This document shows, piece by piece, positions 25,601-50,988 of a stretch of DNA of 64,000 nt. The stretch is from the NCBI GenBank assembly GCA_012295275.1, contig CM022674.1, positions 10,230,001 through 10,294,000 of the forward strand, in the 5' to 3' direction. This stretch comes from Chrysomallon squamiferum (taxonomy: Eukaryota; Animalia; Mollusca). Within the stretch, counting starts at the first letter, position 1. The number at the start of each line of letters is the position of its first letter. The translations under genes and the position numbers were made by a program. A model generated the notes under the pieces. The model saw nothing but the letters and a program-made list of their open reading frames with translations, was not told where the DNA came from and did not search any database.

Positions 25601-27210
25601 ACTTTTTACTATAAATATTAACATGCCCACAATCAGTTTTATGCATTATTCATTTTTGTTAACAATTTGCATGCTAGTTGTTAGGTCACATATCTGATAA
25701 TATACTGTTTACTTTATTCAGAATTTCAGGGCAACTACAAATGATTTGGATGCAGTGTCCAATGCAATGGATATTTTATTATTGATTATGTCATCTTGGA
25801 AATAACATATACTAAACCACTTTGACAAAACTGGTGATAGAAAATGAATATCCTCAGATGTTGTTATTAAAGTAATTTAAAATAATCATATTTTATTGTA
25901 GGAGGGTGAGAAATACAAAGAGGGGGTAGATCCAGACTCTTTCACAAGAGGACAACAGAAAAAGATTGAAGAAATTCAAAAGGAGAAAGCCGACACTAAA
26001 AAAACACGGTTGCCTAAAGAGGGGACAATGGAAGTTACAGCAAAGGTTAGTAAATATAAAAAATAAAAATACATACTGAGAATGGGATAAAGTAAATTTC
26101 ATCACATATTATAATAATAATTATGAGGATGCTTCACAATAAATTCTGTTAGGCAAAAATATAAAATAGCATAAATCTTCATTAATTAAAACATGGATTA
26201 TAAATATTCTTGTTGACTTATTAATGTTTTATATTTTTACCCAAAGAGTACCATAAATTTATCTTTAATTGAAATGGTTCAAAATTTTCTGTTTTTAATT
26301 GCAGTAAAAAAATTAATATCCATTCAGCTATTTGTAATAAAATTAAAGATTAGAAGATGATATTGTTGTTAACTTATTACAGAGAAAAATGGTTTATAGT
26401 ATATAAAACTAGACTAAGAAAGTGTAAAAAAGATAAGATTGGTTTTGTTTGTATGATAGAGACTAGTGTTATTCTAATATGTATGTGAACAGGAAGGCAA
26501 GGCGTTGCTCGGAGATGAAAAGCTAGGAGAAACAAGACAGGAAACTAAAAGTAAAGCAAATGCCAAAAAGCCTGCAGGAAATAAACGTGAATCAACGATA
26601 CAGAAAACTATGGCTGAAGGTACGCAATGACAAACCATATATATTATTTTCATTTCTTTTTATTTGAATTAAATTATAAATATTGATGTGTGAAATGGCT
26701 GTCGCTCATTATTCAATTTATTTCATTCAGAAAACTTCATGTTGCCTCCCCATTATCTAAGAAGTTACTCTGTTCCATTTCAACTTCATTTATTTTAATT
26801 CCACAATCATATAAATTATTTTACTCCTTTATTTGTAAAATATTTCCTCCTGTTACTGTAATTGGTAATAATGATTATTGTATTGTTGTCCTTATAAATA
26901 AATAACCAAGATTTCGGAAAAAAAAACAATAAACCAAAAACATTTAATTTTAGCTAAAGCAATTGTATCAGAAGAAGACCTTACCGGTGGACGACGTACC
27001 CGGTCACAGAACAAACCCGCCCCTGAAGTAAAAACACCAGTAAAACGAGCTGGTGCAACACAGAAAGCAGCCAAAGAAACAAAGGAATCTAAAAAAGCAA
27101 AAAAAGACAAAGAAGCAAAAGAAACAGCAGAAAATGAGAAAAAAGATGAAGAAAAGAAAGAAGAAAAACAGGAAGAGAAAAAAGAAGAAAAGAAAGATGA
27201 AAAAGCGTAA
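19629..27210 (+). CDS. Uncharacterised ~234 aa charged, probably disordered protein with exon-delimited 'LxRx[GS]TMxxTAK-EG' repeats and a Lys/Glu-rich tail
   Basis: Exons 19629-19685, 24775-24894, 25902-26045, 26493-26619, 26954-27210 (TAA); 705 nt, all GT-AG, frame continuous. Translation: MTDAKSTLTRDGTMQVTAK|EGIQYLEDSGHTKLLQMQGLTNEEKEKQLNRDSTMVATAK|EGEKYKEGVDPDSFTRGQQKKIEEIQKEKADTKKTRLPKEGTMEVTAK|EGKALLGDEKLGETRQETKSKANAKKPAGNKRESTIQKTMAE|AKAIVSEEDLTGGRRTRSQNKPAPEVKTPVKRAGATQKAAKETKESKKAKKDKEAKETAENEKKDEEKKEEKQEEKKEEKKDEKA*. The internal repeat lining up with the splice junctions supports the model. Confidence 0.85.
21085..21200 (+). mobile_element. Degenerate SINE-like fragment
   Basis: CTACTCTTTCTAATTAGCAGC...GCCTTTGTAACAC...GAACGAGAAATA...GAAGGATCAAT resembles the body of an abundant gastropod SINE as I remember it. 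Not verified by search. Confidence 0.4.
21490..22010. repeat. Old, degenerate tandem repeat of ~125-130 bp, about 4 units
   Basis: Recurring blocks TGTGACA..., TCCCATTC(C)AA...CTCTTCCT..TTCCT(A/T)A and GTCAGAT at roughly 21530, 21648, 21790 and 21903. The region is bounded by TTTTAATGTTTGAT at ~21489 and ~21993. Confidence 0.6.
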
Positions 27211-30200
27211 GCAGATACAAATAAAATAAAAGTAAGGAAGGAAAAAGCCATTTTAAACCAGTAGAATCACTTATTTTGGACAGAATGATCAGTTGCAGTT
27301 TTCATCTCATTATCTTTTGGGGGAAACATGAATGTATATTTTTCTTACTTTTTTACCTTTTTTTTTGTTTTGTTTTTTGTTATTTATATGATTCGCTTTG
27401 TAGGTTAGTAATTTCAGTATACAATTTATATTCAGTTGTTAGTAAATTTAAAGGTATGCTGCTGTTTGTACTTAACCTATGGAAGAAACTATTTGAAGAG
27501 GATATTAAAATCCACACTAATAGTTATTGCATTTTTAGATGCTTAATAATCATTATAATTTTAAATATTAGTGTTTTTAATAACATTTTGCAAGTGCTTG
27601 ATAACGGTCCCATTACTAGGGTTTGTTTATTCTTTGTTTTATTCATTCTCATTGTACATGTTTAAAATTTAAAAACATTATAAGCCACATATACATTCTT
27701 GTTATTTTTGTTTTGCATGTTAATTAACATGTTGACTTAGGTAGTATGAATATGTCAGATTGTGAACTTTGTAAGCTGGCATATTTCATATTTGGCTTGG
27801 CTAATATATTTTTATCCCAGAACATAAATATTTCATTAATTTGTGCTGCATTTTTGAAAATTAATTTTAACATATTTATAATTCTCTATTTATAGTTTAG
27901 AGTTGAATTTCATGAGTCAAAGCATAATAAATATTTTTCTATTTCTTTTATTGTTTAGAATTCAGGGCTTAAAATTCCTATCATTTTTGTCATCAATCAC
28001 GACATTTTATTTCTTTATATTTTCTGCTGGTGTCATATATTAATATTTTACCTTTCAACTTATTCTGTATCAAAATAGTAAATTGTGTATTGGAAAATAA
28101 TTATAATTATTCACATAGTAAAATATAAAAGCTCAAATTTTTTAATGATAAGTTTATTGACTTTGTTGATTTGTGATATTCCTTTTAATATTACATTTAG
28201 CTAAAAAAATAAATATATACTGTTTTTTAAATCAAATATTTGACAAATTAGAATGTTGAGGGGTGAGGTTTTTCTATTTTCTATTATTACAAAAGCCCTG
28301 AATTATTAAATGTTTGTTTAATGTACTGTTATTTTTTAACATCAAAACCACTTGGATCCGATTCTGAATGCAATAAATCATAACATTTGATTTATATAAT
28401 TGTTAAGTAAACAATTTCCAATTATACTGTTGTTATAGATTTTTTAAAGTCTTTCTAATTTTTTAGATTTTTACATTATTTGATATATGTTTTAATCAGT
28501 TTCATTGTATTGAAGAAAATTGAAAAAAGTGGTTGACATTTTTTTTACTTTACAGAAAGTTTTTGAATTTATATATATATTTTTTAGCTCTGTAAAAATT
28601 ATTTTAAATAATGGGGAATTAAGATTATATAATTCTAATTTTGAAATAAAAATAAATTTCATCTTTTAGATACAACTGGTATTGTATAAATAAAATGTTT
28701 GTATTCACTTTTAGATAAGGCAGCATTTTTCATTTGTGTTTTTGTTTTCATCATGTTTGAGTTCAGCAATTGACATTAATGTACATTTTTCATTATTATA
28801 AATTGTAACATTAATTAGATTTTAATTTTTTTTAAATGTCTTTTGTCACTTTAAATTTAATGTTCTGTGCAAAAATGCTTAAATACAATTTATATACTTC
28901 CAAATGACTGATTTGTTTTTAAGTGAACTGTATTTGCTAATCATCAGGTATGGAGCTGATATTTATACATAAATAAAAAAGGTACTAAATACAATAATAG
29001 CCTTCCTTATTCCTTGTGACCTTATTTTGTTGTCATATTATTGGCAAAGTTTGGTTATTAGAAAAAAAATTTTTTCCAACATACAGAAAGAATTTGAATC
29101 ATACCTTTTAATTTAATGATATATCTTGTGGTTTGTTGTTTTTTTCTTTTGTTTTGTCATGTAATAACAAGTAGCAAACATTTTGGATTTTATAGCAATG
29201 ATGCTGGGAAGAATTTACTAGTGTCATTGCATTGTGTTCAATTTTTACAAATTATTACAAATTACTTTATAAATTTACATTCATAATTATATTCTTAATC
29301 TGTTTCAGTTAAAGTAAGAAATTATTGCAGATAAAGGCAATCCTTTCACAATTTATTAATGTAATTAAAAATGAGCAAAATGAATTATAATTTATCAGCA
29401 TTGATGGTTTTTTATCTAATATATAATCAAAATTTTAATTTTAATTTTAATTTTATTATTATTATTATTTTAATATTATGCATATATTGTTATTTGTTAT
29501 TTAATTATCTTGAATGTCATTTGTAATGCTAGTAATTTGTTTTTAATTAACAAATAAAAAAATTGTTAGATTATTGTGTGTGTATTAATTCTTCCACTGT
29601 GAAGTTCAGGTTAAAACATACTGAATAAAACAATTTTCCAGGTTACAGGAAATAAAATATTGGTTTAAATTTAGTGTTATTCAGATAATTTTTCTTATCA
29701 GCCTGGGTGAACTAGTTATTACAATTTTATTTTTAAAAACATTTTCACTGCTGAATAATGTTTATAAAAATGTTTACGACAATTTATCTTTAACTACTCT
29801 CACTTGATTTATTTTATATTTACTTTTTTTATTAATTAAAAATTTTAAACTTAATGGTTTATTTTTTATATAATATAGGTTTGTTAATTAATATATTCGT
29901 GACAACTATTTGTTTAATAATATTATTTTTAATTAATTATCAGATTTTTATATTTAAAGATTATTACGACACCATAATAAACATTTTACTACACTTCACA
30001 ACGGAAGAAATTTATTTTAAAAATTTTGAAATATAAAAAAAAGAATCATCAACCATTTTGAGTTATTTTTATGACCATCAAATGTTCAACTTCAGATTGA
30101 TGCATTTGTATAAGTAATAAAAATATCGACATAACCATGTAGTTATTTGTTATGTAATTTAAAATGTTGATTTAAACAAAGACATACAGTTCTATGAGTT

Positions 30201-30464
30201 AGTTAATAAATATGAATATTATAAACCAAGATATTATTATTACTATTTTTTATTATTATTTTTTTCTATATATTTGTTACTGGAATTTATTTTCTCTTTT
30301 TTTTTTCTCTTAACCTTTCTCAGACATAAACATGTTATTTCATATCATTTTAAAGTTATGTTTATAATAAATAAATGATAAAAAATTAAATAATAAATAA
30401 TGTCATATGATAAGTTTTCCTAAATGAGTGGACACGATCAAATATGGATTATTTGTAATACCTT

Positions 30465-30960
30465 TTAATGCCAGGAAAATACAGGTATGTGATTAATGGT
30501 AAACAGGAGGGTGGGCAATGGCCAAAGGCAATTAACTATTAACAGTAAGAAATTCTTAAAAATAGTTGACTGGTCCAGTTCAACATAAGCACCTAATGTG
30601 CTAGAAATTAATGGAATAAATGAACTTCCAAAATTGGCAAATGAACATTTTTTTAATAAAAAAAGGCTTGACACCCAGAAGACTTATGTGGGTTATTGTA
30701 CACGTCAGGAATAGGGCATAGAAGGCAATCTGGAGTGGGTCAGACACATTTTAGTGGCTAGTTCAAGCAGTCCTTTTGTGCAGCCCAAGGGACAAGCCAT
30801 TAGGGGACTGGGGCTAGGATGTGATGTTTAAATAGAGGAAAATGAAAATTTATACATGCATGTGGAAGGCAAAATCCATCTCTCCAGTGTAGATCATGGT
30901 GACAGAACAAACTTAAACATTATGGGACATCCCCAAGTAAACACCAATATTCTGGCCCAA
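30465..30960 (+). mobile_element. Decayed LTR-retrotransposon-like (gag knuckle / protease) remnant
   Basis: Purine- and GC-richer island in very AT-rich intergenic DNA. The + strand gives YTSGIGHRRQS (degenerate CxxCxxxGHxxxxC-like) and then LYMHVEGKIHLSSVDHGDRTN (VDTG-like aspartic protease motif). Several stop codons interrupt it. Confidence 0.3.
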
Positions 30961-32639
30961 AAATTAAAATAATTTACTTTCTTTTTTTTCTTTTTTTTAT
31001 TGGCATGTATATAATAGTTTATTTTTTTATTTTTATGGTTTATATTATTATTTTATATAAATTTAAAATAAATTGAAAAACTGATGAAAGTATCATTTAT
31101 TTTCAAACTGACAAACACTTTCTAATTTACAAAACTGACAAATTTGCTTTTTATTAAAAAAAATTTGGCCCATAAAATTAACTATTGTCATGTCTTCATT
31201 TCTTTTTTTTTCCCCCTTTCTTTCTTTCTTTTTTTATTAAATATTCAGTATTTTCTGTTTCCAATAAAAGTATTAATATTTTATATCTCAGCTATCAGAT
31301 TTCTTGGTTTATCAAACACTAATACAAGAGGTGTATATAAAATGGGTTATAAAGAAAAAATTTCAGTAGGTGAATTGATCTTTGAGAAGTGTACACAAAA
31401 CCTTCTTAAAAGTGTAAATTGATAAATGTCTGTCATGTGAGTTAATCAGTGTTTGTAGACTGCTCTCACTTATTTAGTTTTATATTTTTTTAAATTTCTA
31501 ACAACCTCAAATAAAAAATAAAACAAAATACTCAGTAAATTTTAAACAAAAATAAAAATAAATAAAATTCTAATCAGTTTTCTTTTTTTAAGAATTTATT
31601 GTTAATAAAGTATGTATAACTAATTCACAACATTTACAGCATACATTTTGTATACAAACTGAACTGAACCAAACTGTTTACAACATCTAATGTTCACATT
31701 CTTAGTCTATGATTCAGAAAGAACAACACAAGTCACAGATATGATGAACCATAAGGATCAATCTTTCCCTTCACTTCCAAAACCACTAGTGGGTTCCTGA
31801 AGACTATGCTAAAGATGATCTCACACAAAAAAATCCCAAATTGCTACTTATCATTAAGAATGGTAGTGTATGGTTACTTCGCTTACAAAATAAATTATTA
31901 AAAATGTATATAGAAACAAACATTGTACTTTTTATACATAATAATTTTTTCTATTTATAAAAAGAACAAAATATTATAATTTCATCATCTAACACATTTT
32001 ACATGATATGTAAAACGTATTAATTTGTTTATTTACCTATTCTCGATACTTACGTTTTCAAATAAGCACTGTTAAATCAATATTTATTCATTTTTAAATT
32101 TTATTTGTCTGAAATACAAATCCGATTTCAAACTTTTTTCTAACCCACGTGAATTTTAAATCAGTGTTCTTTATTTTGACAAACATTTAAAAATGACTGA
32201 ATATACATAATTTACAAAACAAATTAATTTAGAAAATGATCTCTGGAAATAAATAATAATAATAAAAAAAAAAAAAAAAAAAAACTATAAAAATACAGAA
32301 GAAGAACGTTATATAGTAATATAAGCTTTAACATAATCACGCATAAACTGAGCAAACTGTAACACAATATATATAGTCAAATTAAGATTTATTTATTTAT
32401 TTTTATTTTTAAAGTAATAAATATCCAAAGACTCGAGAGAGTGGCTGTTTGAAGGATATAAAGTGTTTATTCACACTAATTATAAAAATAAACACTTATT
32501 ACAGTTATAATATTACTACTACCAATTACTTACTTTGTCACTTACATTGTTGCCTTCTTTTGTAAACATAATCAAAATATTATCTATTGTCTTAATCAAG
32601 ATTCCTATTAAATACCTTTGTTAATCAGCTCTCTCTAGA

Positions 32640-32845
32640 ATTATAATCGGGAAAGTCGGAAAACCTCGATACATGCATTCGGACATCGTCGGGCGACTTC
32701 GGGAAATTAAAAAGAAGGAAGGAAATTGTTTGGGAGGCGGTAGTAGTTTGGTTTTAGGATGGTGTATTTCAAATGCATTTTGTTTTATTATTAAACTGTG
32801 ATCATAACATTTTACTAAGGTTAACGGCATGCTGAATTAGTAAGT
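32640..32845 (+). promoter_or_regulatory. CpG-rich promoter / probable non-coding first exon of the PI3K gene
   Basis: Cluster of CpGs (TCGGGAAAGTCGGAAAACCTCGA...CGTCGGGCGACTTCGGGAAA) followed by a strong donor GTAAGT at 32840. An acceptor at 33439-33440 lies just upstream of the ATG at 33456. Confidence 0.55.
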
Positions 32846-33455
32846 ATTTTGTTTATAAATAAATATTAGATTATCGTTTGTCAGATTAGTTTTATAATAT
32901 GGCAGATCCATCGTCCATGCTAGCACTAGCAGACGTAGTAAAACTAAAAGTACTTACGTGAAAGTACTAAAACACAACAAATGCAGAACATAGATTTAGC
33001 TTAAGTTAAATGTCCAAATAGAAATATTTATGGTTTACGAAAAACAGAAATCATATAATAATGTTTTAAGATCGGTATTTCTTTCATACAAATAAATGTA
33101 ATATTTTCTACTGATAAGAATTAATCGGTAGATTTTTTCATATTTTTGTCAAATAAATCGTCATCGTGATCATACCAGTGAATTTTTGGACGTATCATAT
33201 ATAATTTATTGTTTTGTTTATCCACCGATCCCATAAGGATGGCATGTGGTTGTGTGTGTGTGTGTGGGGGTGTGTGTGGGGTGGGTGGGTGGGTGTATGT
33301 GTGTTTGGATTGTTTGTAACATTGTTAAAAATTAAAAAAAAAGACAACCAGAAAATCCCCACCAAAAGTGTCTGTTTCATATCTTGTTTTAAAATTGTTT
33401 ATTTTTAATTAATATTATTATTATATTTTTTTCACTCAAGCTGAAATTTATAATC

Positions 33456-45447
<11,992 letters not shown>

Positions 45448-48400
45448 AGAAAACATACATGTGATGTATGTTTAACTTTCTCATTGCTGTACACTCACAT
45501 AGCAGTTAATGTTTCAACAGTGTCATTTGGGTTATTTTTTAAAAATACGCACAGGGTATTATTCTTTGAGAATGCAAAAGTACTTATTGTGTGTTTAAGA
45601 ATATAAGATTGAAAATTAATATTCCTAATTATTAAAACATCAAAATTTCTCCATGACAGTTTTATAACATATTTTTTAATAATTGTTTCATTGATTTATA
45701 TATCTCTAATCATTTATACTCCACATTATTATAACAAAAACTGTAACAATTTTTATATATTCATCATCCAATAATAAAAAATTAAAACAAGGTAGTCCAG
45801 AATATTAAAAATAAATTTGATGAATTTTGTAGGCATATTTAGTTGATTTAAACATGTAACACATTGGGATCAAATTGTTTCAAATTAAACCTTATTTAAA
45901 TTAATTTATATCATATGATGACTTGCAAAGTAAGGCTTTGATAACATCAGATGATATATATAAACTTAGAACAGAAACTGTGATAATTCATTTACTCCAG
46001 GAAATAATTACTTATTTTTAACGTTTAATTGGAAACTAATTAATTATTGCTAACATTGCTAGAATATTTAATTTTGTTGTTCAAATACGAAGACCAGATG
46101 TACATAATTTTAAGCAAAATATATGTCAGTATTTTATTTACTGAATTTAGAAGCAAAATTGAACATAATTTGTGTTTTCATTATTTATTCTGCAGAAAAT
46201 TTATTTGAATATAGAAGAGCTTTTTCTAAATTGCAACATTTTCACATTCTGCATTCACTTTGAGTTATTTGCAGGATCTTCAACTTGTTTCGTTATTTTT
46301 ATTAAAATAAATTGTTGTTATTAATCTCTAGTCCATAATTATGGATCTAGTCACCATGCCTGTATTTTATTATGCTTTTGTATAATGCTGTTTTAAATTG
46401 AAAAAACAAAAAAGTGTTTTTCAATTTGATTTTTAAAAAAAAAATAGATTGCTATATATTTGTATTTTTAATCATAATAATTATATTTTTTAAATCAAAT
46501 ATCAGAGATTGTATATTTATTTTTTACTGTTAGCTTCTTATGATAACATTCCAACATAATAAGAATGTACATAAAAAGATAAGAACCTAGTTTTAACAGA
46601 TGTACAAATGCAAAATAAAAATTCATTTAAGCAATCTAGGCTTACTTCATAACTAATTTTTAATTTGTGAAATTAATTTGTTTTTACTTTCATTTTTGTT
46701 GTTGCTAATATATTTATATATGATACTGGTAACTGTATTGTTTTAAGCTGAATGGAAACATCAACAAATTTACATCAGTTGTTGACAAATGTAGTTAATT
46801 AAGCTATTAAGTCTTTGTTTCTTTTAATATTATTTTATATTCATTGAAGATATTTAATACATTTAAATTTATTAAAATTGACATAATTAGTACATCATTT
46901 ATACAAAAACAAACTGTTAAACACACACACACACACACACGGTACGGTTCTTTGTTTTTGTTTATCATTGTTTAGATAGTGGGTTGGAAAACACTTCTTT
47001 GAAGAACACATTTGTCAGAGAATACAGAGAACAAATTTCTTTATTTTTATTCAATGAAAACACATCTACTGTGATAAATATTTGTTTCGTTATGTTGTTA
47101 ACATGCAGTCATGTTAGTAAAATCAGAATTGTTACATTGTTACATTGTTTTCAAACATGTTTTCATGAAAGTGTTTGATTTCACCACAGTTCTTCCAAAT
47201 TATAAAAGGTAATATTGATACTACTATTTTATCATCAGTGTCAGTATCCATTTTGGATTTGTTATTTTTTGTGCAAGGTACAGAACATTTTAATTTTTAT
47301 GGTCTTTCACAAAGTATCATTTTGCAAATTAATGTTGATGGAAAAAGTTATCTTAGTGAAATTACAAAATGGGTAGAAATCAAATAAACACTGAAGTGAT
47401 ATGAGGATTTAGACTCTTTGTAAGACTATTAAATTTCAGAATGATTAAGAATGATGTTAATTAAATATTTTCTCTATATTCTTTACTTTGGGTTAATTGG
47501 AGATTTTAAATTTTGATTCAGTTTAAAATAAATAAATAATCCTTATATAGTTTAATGTTACTAAGTTTAATGTGAGTATATTTCAGATTATTTCTTTGTG
47601 ATGTTTGGATGCACACTTTGGGTGTGGTTTGATTGGTGGTATTAAAGATGGAAACAAGAACTGCAAGAACCTTAGTTTTCCATTCATATAGATATGGAAA
47701 CTACATAATTTACACCAGTAAATAAAATTATTTTAATAAACACAACATAATAAATGGTTACATGTACATTTTTCTAGTTTGTGCCTTGGATACCCTGGAG
47801 ATTAATTTTCCTTTTTTATATATATATTTTTTTATAATAACATTTTTAGTTTCAAAATTAATTAGTTTTGGTTTGATGTTCTTTAATGATTCAGATACCT
47901 TTCATTAATGTTTGTGCGTGTATATCTCTCACATACCCACACACACAGTCCTTACATCTTGTAAAATGTTATCTTATTGTTTAATATAACTCATTATTAT
48001 CTATGCAAACATGTTAATAGATACTTAGCACCTGTTATTTTTAATCTTGCTGTTTTGAGATAGATTTAATTTTCATGCTGATAAAATATTTCAGCAGGAA
48101 TTTGAAACAGTAAAATGATTTTAATATTTTTTTACTATTGTTCACTTTACATTCCAGTATATATATAGGGTTCATATTTTAAAATTGCTTTGTGATAGCC
48201 TGTAGTTAAAAAATTTAATGATTAAAAATAGTTTGAGATGACCAGAACTTTGAGAAACAATGCTACATTGTGTCATATAGATGTTTTGAAATCCTGGCAC
48301 AGATTAACTCTAGCCTCAATTAACATCAGATAAAAAGAAACATATCGGATATACTTTCATTAATTGCAAATTTTTGTACAATTTGTATTGATGTATAATT

Positions 48401-50944
48401 TGTATGTAGGTAGTATTTTATGAAAAAATGAATAAGAGAAATCTGATATAGAACATTAAATTCCAAAAAGAAAAATAAATCTTTGCTAATAAAAAAATAA
48501 AAAAATAAATTTAAATATCTGAATACTATACCTTAAAATATTGGTCATATCATTTAAAAATCTTTGAATACTTTCACATTATGAAAATGTTTGGTGATTT
48601 TATAACTGAGTATTCTTTTATGTCTGCCAGTCCTTGTTTTTACAAATTTTTATTCTTTTGTTTGAAATTTAGCAATGCTTTGCCCTGAAATCTTACATCA
48701 GACTACTTAAAATAACCCTTTTAAAATCCTCATAATCAAATATTTACATTAAAATAAATATTTCATTTTTTAAATGTATTTTTATGTCAGTACTGTAAAG
48801 GCTTTAAAAATAATTAATTATTACAGAAAGATAAATAATTCATGCATTCTGCTATTTGAGCATAAAATACTCAGATTTAATACTTTTGAAAATAAAACAA
48901 TATTAATAGAGAAGTGATTTAAGTAAAATGGATAAAAATTGTAATAACATTTTCTAAAAAGCAACAAGAAACAATTATTCTATTTTCTTTGATGTTATGT
49001 CACTGTAATTTCACTGAAAAAGACAAAGGTGCTATTTAAATTTAGTGTGGTTCTTTCTTAGGAAATGCACATGATATGGAAATTGTTTTAATTAAATCTA
49101 TACAAAATAATGCATTCTTAGATAGGTTTATTATTTTGTATGTATTTTTTGAATTACAACATTTTTTAAGATCATTCTGTAATTTGAATAGATTGACAGG
49201 ACTTCCAAATTTTTGTTTTGTTTGTTACTTTAATTAAAACAGACATGGTCTATTTCAAATATTTAAGTGCATGTTCTTAACTTGACAGATTTTTCTTTTA
49301 TCTTTTTTATGTTTATTATTATTATTATTATTTGTGAGGGGGATGTGTGGGGAGCTTGTTTAAAGGTTCCAGAAAAAAAAAAGCATAGAATTTTTAAAAT
49401 TAACTTCTAAAGAAATTTGTGAAATTGACAATGACTTCAGAAATTATTTTGTTTTGATAAAGAAATTTATAGAAATAAATATCTTGAAAACATGACTCCT
49501 TTTCAGTTATGATTGAAAGCGTTATCTCTTGGTCATTATGGTGTAGATTTTTATTCAAAAACAAATGAGATTCGGTAGCTATAATAAAAGCAGTATTTTC
49601 TGTGACACTGTCAGGTTATTAAAGTGGTGTCCCACTGATTTAATGGGTTAAAAGATATTCTCAGTATTATGCTTATTTTTCTTAAATGTTATATTTAAAA
49701 ATTTTATAAACAAAATTGTAAATAAAAATATATTTTACATTAATAAATTTCATATTTTTTGTTTACTTAAAAGAAGAAAACAACTACAATTGTAAAAATA
49801 TTTTATTATGTTATATTCAAAAGTGTCACAGAGGTGTGTATGTATGTATTTTTTAGTTTAAAATAATATTGTTATTTTAATTAAATATTGTTCGTTTAAA
49901 ATAAGTTTAGGAAGTGAAGGTACAACTAACTATAACTATTTTGTTATATTACATTAGAAGTGTCATTGAATTTTTCTGTTTTATTTATTTATTTATTTAT
50001 TATATTTTTTTTCTCTAAGATTTTTATGAGAGAGGTTTTATTTTAAAAATATTGTTAAAATAAATTAACAACATTTTATGAGATGAGTTCATTCACTCGT
50101 ATCAGCTGAATTCTGTAAAAAACATGAAAAATCGAGGTTGGCATAAGTATGGGCTTATTACTTCCTATTTGTATCAAGTGTTTCACTTCAGCTTCCTTAT
50201 CTTTTATAAAGTTTCCAAAACCAGATTTTTCATGAAATACATAAGTGATGAATAACAACAATAGTTGATTAAACAAAAACAGTTTTATTTGTTGTATTTT
50301 TCACTGAATTACAATGTATATAGTTTATTAAAATTTTGACAAATGTATAATAATACATTTTTAATACAAATGATAAAAAAAAAGAAAGAAAGAATAAAAC
50401 TAAAACCACAACTAAAATGTGAAAAATGGTCTCATCCACAACCAGTTTAGCAGTGATGTACACAAAAATGATAAAATTAAAAACAAAATATATTTGTCAA
50501 GTTTTCACAACATTCATAATTACTGATTAAACAGGCAAGTGTACCACCAATAACTGAATTCAAAAAAAAATTTTTTTTATATATATATATATTGTTATTC
50601 GACGCTGTTATTTCTTTTATCCTGCAATTCCACGTAATGCAAAAACTGAATGAAATCAACAGGTTGTTTTCTCAACTCACATATCTCAAGAGCATGTTTT
50701 TGATGTTGCCTACAAATACTATATATGAAAATAACGAAATTTGTTAGTTTTTAAATGAATACCATTTTCAGAATAGTCTCTTCAAATTTAAACCAGCATT
50801 AAACTCTAAAGTAACTTTGAACAACAAATAAATATAAATACAAAGTAATTTATCAAGTTAAGTATAGTTCTGTCTCAAAAAGCTGTATTTTGGGGCTGAC
50901 CAAAAACATAGAAATGTAGCTAGTCATTATGTATAGTAATTGCA

Positions 50945-50946
<2 letters not shown>

Positions 50947-50985
<39 letters not shown>
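50947..50985. repeat. (GT)n microsatellite
   Basis: Perfect GT run. Confidence 0.9.

Positions 50986-50988
<3 letters not shown>

Noticed and set aside
19629-27210. Repeat gene as a multi-repeat beta-thymosin/WH2 protein
   Set aside because: The exon-per-repeat architecture is similar, but the LKK/LKH-x-E-T-x-E-K thymosin signature is absent.
26892-27251. 119 aa Phe/Ser-rich minus-strand ORF
   Set aside because: It is the antisense shadow of the Lys/Glu-rich last exon of the plus-strand repeat gene.
46328-46350. Near-palindrome CTAGTCCATAATTATGGATCTAG downstream of the PI3K stop
   Set aside because: It is too short and AT-centred to distinguish from chance, and it has no known element signature.
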